This document shows, in pieces, positions 53,601-64,000 of a DNA stretch of 64,000 nucleotides (positions within the stretch are counted from its first letter, which is position 1; each line of letters opens with the position of its first letter). Source of the DNA: Octopus sinensis (Eukaryota); NCBI RefSeq assembly GCF_006345805.1, contig NC_043025.1, forward strand, positions 16,998,405 to 17,062,404, read 5' to 3'. The notes under the pieces were generated by a model. That model saw only the letters and a program-made list of their open reading frames with translations. It was not told where the DNA came from and made no database searches. The position numbers were made by a program, and so were the translations under genes.

Positions 53601-56600
53601 GATCTGTAAGGTAAATATAAGTTATATGAGTGATAATAAGCTTATATTTATCCCAGAGACACTAAATTCTAAAAGTTTTCAGTTAGAAAATGTCAAAATA
53701 TTTCAAATGTGTACTTGAAAAATAACAAAATTTGTGATCTCTTAGATAAATAAAGTAACTGAGTGATAAATGGCTTATATTTATCCAAGAGATCACTAAA
53801 TCTCAAAAGTTTTCAGGTTATCAAATGACAAAATATTTCAAATGTGTACTTGAAAAAAAAAAAATTTTGTGATCTGTTAGGATATATAACCTATGTGATA
53901 TAAGCTTATATTTATCGAGAAGATGACTAATTCTCAAAAGTTTTCAGGTTAGAAAATGTCAAAATATTTCAAATGTACTTGAAAAAGAAAAAAAAAATTG
54001 TTGTCTTTAGGTAAATATAAGCTATATAGGTGATAATAAGCTTATATTTATCCAAGAGATCACTAAATTCTCAAAAGTTTTCAGGTTCGAAAATGTCAAA
54101 ATACATGAAAAATAAAAAAAACAAAAATTCATGATCTTTTAGTAATTATAAGTTACTGAGTGATAATAAGCTTATTTACCCAAGATTCACTAAATTCTCA
54201 AAATTTTAGGTTAGAAAATATCAAAATATCAAATGTGTACTTGAAAAAAACAAAAAAAAATTTTAGATCTGTTAAGATATAAATATAATTAACTAAGTGA
54301 TAAAAGCATACTTTACCCAAAAGAATCACTAAAATGTCAAATATTTCAATTGTGTACTTGAATACAAAAAAAATTTTGTGATCTGTTAGAGAAATATAAG
54401 TGAACTAAGTGATAATAAGCTTATATTTATCGAAGAGATCACTAAATTCTCAAAAGTTTTCAGGTTAGAAAATGTCAAATTATTTCAAATGTGTACTTGA
54501 AAGACAAAAAAAAATTTTGTGATCTATAAGGTAACTATAAGCTATATGAGTGATAATAAGCTTATATTTATCCAAGAGATCACTAAATTCTCAAAAGTTT
54601 TCAGGTTAGAAAATGTCAAAATATTTCAAATGTGTACTTGAAGAAGAAAAAAAATTTTGTAGTCTGTTAGGTAAATATAAGCTATATGAGTGATAATAAG
54701 CTTATATTTATCCAAGAGATCACTAAATTCTAAAAAGTTTTCAGGTTACAAAATGTCAAAATATTTCAAATGTGTACTTGAAAAAGAAAAAAAAATTTTG
54801 TTGTCTGTTAGGTAAATATAAGCTCTATGAGTGATTATAAGCTTATATTTATCCAAGAGATCACGAAATTCTCAAAAGTTTTCAGGTTAGAAAATGTCAA
54901 AATATTTCAAATGTGTACTTGAAAAACTAAAAAAGAAATTCTGTGATCTGTAAGGTAAATATAAGCTATATGAGTGATAATAAGCTTATATTTATCCAAG
55001 AGAACACTAAATTCTCAAAAGTTTTCAGGTTAGAAAATGTCAAAATATTTCAAATGTGTACTTGAAAAATAAAAAAAAAATTTGTGATCTCTTAGATAAA
55101 TATAAGTTAACTGAGTGATAAAAGGCTTATATTTATCCAAGAGATCACTAAATTCTCAAAAGATTTCAGGTTAGATAATGACAAAATATTTCAAATGAGT
55201 ACTTGAAAAAAAAACAAATTTTGTGATCTGTTAGGTATATATAAGCTATATGAGTGATAATAAGCTTAAATTTATCGAAGAGATGACTAAATTCTCAAAA
55301 GTTTTCAGGTTAGAAAATGTCAAAATATTTCAAATGTGTACTTGAAAAATAAAAAAAAATTTTGTGATCTGTTAGATAAATATAAGTTAACTGAGTGCTA
55401 ATAAGCTTACATTTACCCAAGAGATCACTAAAATGTCAAAATATATTAAATGTGTACTTGAAAAACAAAAAAAATTTTGTGACCTGTTAGATAAATAGAA
55501 GTTAACTAAGTGATAATAAGCATATATTTTTCGAAGAGATGACTAAATTCTGAAAAGTTTTCAGGTTAGAAAATGTCAAAATATTTCAAATGTGTACTTG
55601 AAAAACAAAAAAAAATTTCTGTGATCTGTAAGTTAAATATAAGCTATATGAGTGATGAAAAGCTTATATTTATCCAAGAGATCACTAAATTCTCAAAAGT
55701 TTTCAGGTTAGAAAATGTCAAAATATTTCAAATGTGTACTTGAAGAACAAAAAAAATTTTGTTGTCTGTTAGGTGAATATAAGCTAAATGAGTGATAATA
55801 AGCTTATATTTATACAACAGATCACTAAATTCTTAAAAGTTTTCAGGTTAGAAAATGTCAAAATATTTCAAATGTGTACTTGAAAAACAAAAAAAAATTT
55901 TGTTGTCTGTTAGGTAAATATAAGCTATATGAGTGATCATAAGCTTATATTTATACAAGAGATCACTAAATTCTCAAAAGTTTTCAGGTTAGAAAATGTC
56001 AAATTAATTCAAATGTGTACTTGAAAAACAAAAAAAAATTTATGATCTGTTAGATAAATATAAGTTAACTGAGTCATAATAAGCTTATATTTACCCAAGA
56101 GATCACTAAATTCTCAAAAGTTTTCAGGTTAGAAAATGTCAAAATATTTCAAATGTGTACTTGAAAAACAAAAAAAAATTTTGTGATCTGTTGGGTAAAT
56201 ATAAGCTATATGAGTGATAATAAGCTTATCCAAGAGATCACTAAATTCTTAAAAGTTCTCAGTTTAGAAAATTCAAAATATTTGAAATGTGTACTTGAAA
56301 AACAAAAAAAAATTTGTGATCTGTTAGGTAAATATAAGCAATATGAGTGATAATAAGCTTATATTATATCAAGAGATCCCTAAATTCTCAAAAGTTTTCA
56401 GGTTAGAAATGTCAAAATATTTCAAATGTATACTTGAAAAACAAAAAAAATTTGTTGTCTCTTAGGTAAATATAAGCTATATGGTGATAATAAGCTGATA
56501 TTTATCCAAGAGATCACTAAATTCTCAAAATTTTTCAGGTTAGAAATGTCAAAATATTTCAATGTGTACTTGAAAAACAAAAAAAATTTTTGTGATCTGT

Positions 56601-59600
56601 TAATGTAAATATAAGCTATATGATTGATAATACGCTTATATTATCCAACGATCACTAAATTCTCAAAAGTTTTCAGGTTTAGAAAATTCAAAATATTTCA
56701 AATGTGCACTTGAAAAAAAACAAATTTTGTGATCCGTTAGGTAAATATAAGCTATATGAGTGATAATAAGCATATATATATCCAAGAGATCACTAAATTC
56801 TAAAAAGTTTTCAGGTTAGAAAATGTCAAAATATTTCAAATGTGTACTTGAAAAACAAAAAAAAATTTCGTTGTCTGTTAGGTAAATATAAGCTATATGA
56901 GTGATAATAAGCTTATCAAAGAGATCACTAAATTCTCAAAAGTTTTCAGTTTAGAAAATTCAAAATATTTCAAATGTGTACTTGAAAAACCAAATAAAAT
57001 TTTGTGATCTGTTAGGTAAATATAATCTATATGAGTGATAATAAGCTTATATTTATCCAAGAGATCACTAAATTCTCAAAATATTTCAGGTTAGAAAATG
57101 TCAAAAATTTCAAATGTGTACTTGAAAACAAAAAAAATTTTGTGATCTATTAGGAAATATAAGCTATATAAGATAATAAACTTATATTTATCAAAGATCA
57201 CTAAATTCTCAATAGTTTTTCAGGTTAGAAAATGTCAAATCATTTCAAATGTGTACTTGAAAAACAAAAAAAAATTTTGTGATCTGTTCGTAATATAAGT
57301 AACTGAGTGATAATAAGCTTATATTTATCCCAAGAGATCACTAAATTCTCAAAAGTTTTCAGGTTAGAAAATGTCAAAATATTTCAAATGTGAACTTGAA
57401 ATACGAAAATAAATTTCGTTGACTCTTAGGAAAATATAAGCTATATTCGTGATAATAAGGTTATATTTATCCAAGAGATCACTAAATTCTCAAAAGTTTT
57501 CAGGTTAGAAAATGTCAAATTATTTCAAATGTGTAGTTGAAAAACAAAAAAAAATTTCTTGTCTCTCAAGTAAATATAAGCAATATGAGTGATAATAAGC
57601 TTATATTTATCCAAGAGATCACTAAATTCTCAAAAGCTTTCAGGTTAGAAAATGTCAAAATATTTCAAATGTGTACTTGAAAAACAAAAAAAAATTTTGT
57701 GATCTGTTGGATGAATATAAGTTAACTGAGTGATAATAAGCTTATATTTATCCAAGAGATGACTAAATTCTAAAACGTTTTCAGGTTAGAAAATATCAAA
57801 TTATTTCAAATGTGTACTTGAAAAACAAAAAAAAAATTTTGTGATCTGTTAGGTAAAAATAAGCTATATGAGTAATAATAAGCTTATATTTATCCAAGAG
57901 ATCACTAAATTCTGAAAAGTTTGCAGTTTAGAAAATTGAAAATAATTCGAATGTGTACTTCAAAATCAAAAAAAAATTTTGTGATCTGTTATGTAAATAA
58001 TAGCTATATGAGTGATAATAAGCTTATATTTATCCAAGAGATCACTAAATTCTCAAAAGTTTTCAGGTTAGAAAATGTCAAAATATTTCAAATGAGTACT
58101 TGAAAAACAAAAATAAATTTCGTTATCTCTTAGGAAAATATAAGCTATATGAGTGATAATAACTCATATTTATCCAAGAGATCACTAAATTCTCAAAAGT
58201 TTTCAGGTTAGAAAATGTCAAAATATTTCAAATGTGTACTTGAAAAAGAAAAATAAGTTTTGTGATCTGTAAGGTAAATATAAGCTATATGAGTGATAAG
58301 AAGCTTCTATTTATAAAAGAGATCACTAAATTCTCAAAAGTTTTCAGTTTAGAAGATTCAAAATATTTCAAATGTGTACTTGAAAAAAAAAAAATTTGTT
58401 GTCTGTTACGTAAATATAAGCTATATGAGTGATAATAAGCTTATATTTATCCAAGAGATCACTAAATTCTCAAAAGTTTTCAGGTTAGAAAATGTCAAAA
58501 TATTTCAAATGTATACTTGAAAAACAAAAAGAAATTTTGTGATCTCTTAGGTAAAAATAAGCTATATGACTGATAATAAGCTAATATTTATCCAAGATAT
58601 CCCTAAATTCTCAAAAGTTTTCAGGTTAGAAAATGACAAAATATTTCAAATGTGTCCTTGAAAAAAAAAAAATTTTATTGTCTGTTAGGTAAATATAAGC
58701 TATATGAGTGATAATAAGCTAATATGTACCGAAGAGAACACTAAATTCTGAAAAGTTTTCAGGTTAGAAAATGTCAAAATATTTCCAAAGAGTTCTTGAA
58801 AAACAAAAAAAAATTTTGTGATCTGTATGTAAATATAAGCTATATGAGTGATAATAAGCTAATATTTATCAAAAAGATCACTAAATTCTGAAACGTTTTC
58901 AGGTTAGAAAATGTCAAAATATTTCAAATGTGTACTTGAAAAACAAAAAAAAATTTTGTGATCTGTTAGGTACATATAAGCTATATGAGTGATAATAAGC
59001 TTATATTTATCCAAGAGATCACTAAATTCTCAAAAGTTTTCAGGTTAGAAAATATCAAATTATTTCAAATGTGTAGTTGAAAAACAAAAAAAAAATTTCT
59101 TGTCTCTCAAGTAAATATAAGCTATATGAGTGATAATAAGCTTATATTTATCCAAGAGATCGCTAAATTCTCAAAAGTTTTCAGGTTAGAAAATGTCAAA
59201 ATATTTCAAATGTGTACTTGAAAACCAAAAAAAAATTTTTTAATCTGTTAGGTAAATATAAGCTATATAAGTGATAATAAGCTGATATTTACCCAAGAGA
59301 TCACTAAATTCTCAAAGGTTTTCAGGTCAGAAAATATCAAAATATTTCAAATGTGTACTTGAAAAACAAAAAAACATTTTGTGATCTGTTGTATAAATAT
59401 AAGTTAACTGAGTGATAATAAGCTTATATTTATCCAAGAGATCACTAAATTCTGAAATGTTTTCAGGTTAGAAATTGTCAAAATATTTCAAATGTGTACT
59501 TGAAAAACAAAAAAAAAAAAAATTTCATTGATCTTAGGAAAATATAAGCTATATGAGTGATAATAAGCTTATATTTATCCAAGAGATCACTAAATTCTCA

Positions 59601-62600
59601 AAAGTTTCAGGTAGAAAATGTCAAAATATTTCAAGTGTTACTTGAAAAACAAAAAAAAAATTTGTGATCTGTTAGGTAAATATAAGCTATATGAGTGATA
59701 ATAAGCTAATATTTATCCAAGAGATCACTAAATTCTCAAAAGTTTTCAGTTAGAAAATGTCAAAATACTTCAAATGTGTACTTGAAAAAACAAAAACAAT
59801 TTTGATCTGTTAGGTAATTATAAGCTATATGATTGATAATAAGCTTATATTTATCCAAGAGATCACTAAATTCTCAAAGTTTTCAGGTTAGAAAATGTCA
59901 AAATATTTCAAATGTGTACTTGAAAAACAAAAAAAACATTTTGTGATCTGTTAGGTAAATATAGCTATATGAGTGATAATAAGCTTATATTTATCCAAGA
60001 GATCACTAAATTCTCAAAAGTTTTCAGGTTAGAAAATGTCAAAATATTTCAAATGTGTACTTGAAAACAAAAAAAATGTTGTCTGTTAGGTAAATATAAG
60101 CTATATGAGTGATAATAAGCTTATATTTATCCCAGAGATCACTAAATTTCTCAAAGTTTCAGGTTAGAAAATGTCAAAATATTTCAAATGTGTACTTGAA
60201 AACAAAAAAAAATTTTGTGATCTGTTAGGTAAATATAAGCTATATGAGTGATAATAAGCTTATATTTATCCAAGAGATCACTAAATTCTCAAAAGTTTTC
60301 AGGTTAGAAATGTCAAAATATTTCAAATGTGTACTTGAAAAACAAAAAAAAATTTGTGATCTGTTAGGTAAATATAAGCTATATGAGTGATAATAAGCTT
60401 ATATTTATCCAAGAGATCACTAAATTCTCAAAATTTTTCAGGTTAGAAAATGTCAAAATATTTCAAATGTGTACTTGAAAAACATAAAAAATTTTGTGAT
60501 CTGTTAGGTAAATATAAACTATATGAGTGATAATAAGCTTATATTTATCCAAGAGATCACTAAATTCTCAAAAGTTTTCAGGTTAGAAAATGTCAAAATA
60601 TTTCAAATGTGTACTTGAAAAACAAAAAAAAATTTTGTGATCTGTTAGATAAATATAAGCTATATGAGTGATAATAAGCTTATATTTACCCAAGAGATCA
60701 CTAAATTCTCAAAAGCTTTCAGGTTAGAAAATGTGAAAATATTTCAAATGTGTACTTGAAAAACAAAAAAAATTTGTGATCTGTTAGGTACATAAGCTAT
60801 ATGAGTGATAATAAGCTTTATTTATCCAAGAGATCACTAATTCTCAAAAGTTTTCAGGTTAGAAAATGTCAAAATATTTCAAATGTGTACTTGAAAAACA
60901 AAAAAAATTTTGTGATCTGTTAGGTAAATATAAGCTATATGAGTGATAATAAGCTTATATTTATCCAAGAGATCACTAAATTCTCAAAAGTTTTCAGGTT
61001 AGAAAATGTCAAAATATTTCAAATGTGTTCTTGAAAAACAAAAAAAAATTTTGTTGTCTGTTAGGTAAATATAAGCTATATGAGTGATAATAAGCTTATA
61101 TTTATCCAAGAGATCACTAAATTCTCAAACGTTTTCAGGTTAGGAAATGTCGAAATATTTCAAATGTGTACTTGAAAAACAAAAAGACATTTTGTGATCT
61201 GTTAGGTAAATATAAGCTATATGAGTGATAATAAGCTTATATTTATCCAAGAGATCACTAAATTCTCAAAAGTTTTCAGGTTAGAAAATGTCAAAATATT
61301 TCAAATGTGTACTTGAAAAACAAAAAGAAACTTTCTGATCTGTTAGGTAAATATAAGCTATATGAGTGATAATAAGCTTATATTTATCCAAGAGATAACT
61401 AAATTCTCAAACGTTTTCAGGTTAGAAAATGTCAAAATATTTCAAATGTGTACTTCAAAAAAAATTTTGTTGTCTGTGAGGTGAATATAAGCTATATGAG
61501 TGATAATAAGCTTATATTTATCCAAGAGATCACTAACTACTCAAAAGTTTTCAGGTTAGAAAAACTCAAAATATAACAAATGTGTACTTGAAACACAAAA
61601 AAAGTTTGTGATCTGTTAGGTAGATATAAGCAATATTAGTGATAATAAGCTTATATTTATCCAAGAGATCACTAAATTCTCAAACGTTTTCAGGTTAGAA
61701 AAACTCAAAATATTACAAATGTATACTTGAAAAAGAAAAAAAAAATTTGTGATCTGTTAGCTATATGAGTGATAATAAGATTATATTTATCCAAGAGATC
61801 ACTAAATTCTCAAAAGTTTTCAGATTAGATAATGTCAAAATATTTCAAATGTGTACTTGAAAAACAAAAAGACATTTTGTGATCTGTTAGGTAAATATGA
61901 GTGATAATAAGCTTATATTTATCCAAGAGTTCCCTAAATTCTCAAAAGTTTTCAGGTTAGAAAATGTCAAAATATTTCAAATGTGTTCTTGAAAAAAAAA
62001 AAAATTTTGTTGTCTGTTAGGTAAATATAAGCTATATGAGTGATAATAAGCTAATATTTATCCAAGAGATCACTAAATTCTCAAACGTTTTCAGGTTAGA
62101 AAATGTCAAAATATTTCAAATGTGTACTTGAAAAACAAAAAAAAATTTTTGTTGTCTGTGAGGTGAATATAAGCTATATGAGTGATAATAAGCTTATATT
62201 TATCCAAGAGATCACTAAATTCTCAAAAGTTTTCAGGTCAGAAAATGTCAAAATATTTCAAATGTCTACTTGAAAAAGAAAAAAAATTTTAAGATCTGTT
62301 AGGTAAATATAAGCTATATGAGTGATAATAAGCTTATATTTATCCAAGAGATCACTAAATTCTCAAAAGTTTTCAGGTTAGAAATTGTCAAAATATTTCA
62401 AATGTGTACTTGAAAAACAAAAAAAAATTTGTGATCTGTTAGGTAAATATAAGCTATATGAGTGATAATAAGCTTATATTTATCCAAGAGATCACTAAAT
62501 TCTCAAAAGTTTTCAGGTTAGAAAATGTCAAAATATTTCAAATGTGTACTTGAAAAACAAAAAGAAATTTTCTTAGCTGTTAGGTAAATATAAGCTATAT

Positions 62601-64000
62601 GAGTGATAATAAGCTTATATTTATCCAAGAGATCACTAAATTCTCAAAAGTTTTCAGGTTAGAAAATGTCAAAATATTTCAAATGTGTTCTTGTAAAACA
62701 AAAAAAAATTTTGTTGTCTGTTAGGTAAATATAAGCTATATGAGTGATAATAAGCTTATATTTATCCAAGAGATCACTAAATTCTCAAAAGTTTTCAGGT
62801 TAGAAATTGTCAAAATATTTCAAATGTGTAATTGAAAAAAAAAAGAAATTTTCTGCTCTGTTAGGTAAATATAAGCTATATGAGAGATAATAAGCTTATA
62901 TTTATCCAAGAGATCACTAAATTCTCAAAAGTTTTCAGGTTAGAAAATGTCAAATTATTTCAAATGTGTACTTGAAAAACAAAAAGACATTTTGTGATCT
63001 GTTAGGTAAATATAAGCTATATGAGTGATAATAAGCTTATATTTATCCAAGAGATCACTAAATTCTCAAAAGTTTTCAGGTTAGAAAATGTCGAAATATT
63101 TCAAATGTGTACTTGAAAAAAAAAAAAATTTATTGTCTGTTAGGTAAATATAAGCTATATGAGTGATAATAAGCTTATGTTTATCCAAGAGATCACTAAA
63201 TTCTCAAAAGTTTTCAGGTTAGAAAATGTCAAAATATTTCAAATGTGTACTTGAAAAACAAAAAGACATTTTGTGATCTCTTAGGTAAATATAAGCTCTA
63301 TGAGTGATAATAAGCTTATATTTATCCAAGAGATCACTAAATTCTCAAAAGTTTTCAGGTTAGAAAATGTCGAAATATTTCAAATGTGTACTTGAAAAAC
63401 AAAAACAATTTTGTGATCTGATAGGTAAATATAAGCTATATGAGTGATAATAAGCTTATATTTATCCAAGAGTTCCCTAAATTCTCAACAGTTTTCAGGT
63501 TAGAAAATGTCAAAATATTTCAAATGTGTACTTGAAAAACAAAAAGACATTTTGTGATCTGTTAGGTAAATATAAGCTATATGAGTGATAATAAGCTTAT
63601 ATTTATCCAAGAGATCACTAAATTCTCAAAAGTTTTCAGGTTAGAAAATGTCAAAATATTTCAAATGTGTTCTTGAAAAACAAAAAAAAATTTTGTTGTC
63701 TGTTAGGTAAATATAAGCTATATGAGTGATAATAAGCTAATATTTATCCAAGAGATCACTAAATTCTCAAACGTTTTCAGGTTAGAAAATGTCAAAATAT
63801 TTCAAATGTGTACTTCAAAAAAAATTTTGTTGTCTGTGAGGTGAATATAAGCTATATGAGTGATAATAAGCTTATATTTATTCAAGAGATCACTAAATAC
63901 TCAAAAGTTTTCAGGTTAAAAAATCAAAATATTTCAAATGTGTACGTGAAAAACAAAAAAAAATTTGTGATCTGTTAGGTAATATAAGCTATATGAGTGA
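38695..64000 (+). repeat. Sat141 forward domain 2 (~180 monomers, mostly variant B 'gctatatgag')
   Basis: Same monomer with aagctatatgagtg in place of aagttaactgagtg. Measured spacings 60885-61025-61166-61307 are 140-141 bp. The array runs off the window end. Confidence 0.97.
60906..60982. other. Representative intra-monomer inverted repeat (31-bp arms, 27/31 match, 15-nt loop); present in essentially every full-length Sat141 unit
   Basis: Left arm 60906-60936 is aattttgtgatctgttaggtaaatataagct. The reverse complement of the right arm 60952-60982 is aatttagtgatctcttggataaatataagct. Confidence 0.93.

Noticed and set aside
43431-58103. ORFs at 43431, 46639 and 57921 (MSDNKLIFIQ...)
   Set aside because: These are variant-B monomer translations.
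60937-61100. Sat141 as a tandemised MITE (outward reading agct...agct flanked by ata, a possible 3-bp TSD)
   Set aside because: The arm ends match no transposon TIR family I recognise, a 3-bp A/T match is expected by chance here, and no dispersed copy or transposase is in the window. A Dfam or genome search would be needed to revive the idea.
1-64000. CRISPR-like array (palindromic repeats at regular spacing)
   Set aside because: There are no unique spacers because the whole unit repeats, and no cas genes or prokaryotic context are present.
1-64000. Assignment to a known ~142-bp satellite family such as the tenebrionid beetle satellites
   Set aside because: Only the length is similar. I do not recognise the sequence and cannot run a search.

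Overview
This window is entirely non-coding tandem-repeat DNA, most likely eukaryotic heterochromatin or a (peri)centromere. I cannot assign the organism. About 59 kb is one AT-rich satellite (Sat141: ~141-bp monomer, ~24% GC in the consensus, one AAGCTT and two GATC per unit). It lies in five orientation domains: + 1-9.2 kb, - 9.2-24.2 kb, a small + inversion at 24.17-24.93 kb, - 24.9-34.0 kb, and + 38.7-64 kb. Between them sits an island of a 121-bp satellite (33968-37699, including a 179-bp derived unit) and a 16-bp minisatellite (37700-38594), followed by a 100-N assembly gap. No genes, RNA genes, CRISPR arrays or transposase ORFs are supportable; all listed ORFs are read-throughs of the repeat. 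The most interesting signal is internal to the monomer: a 31-bp imperfect inverted repeat (27/31) around a 15-nt loop. The 9.2-kb strand switch falls exactly inside it, and recurrent variants at all four mismatched positions convert one arm toward the other. All counts and periods were estimated by eye.
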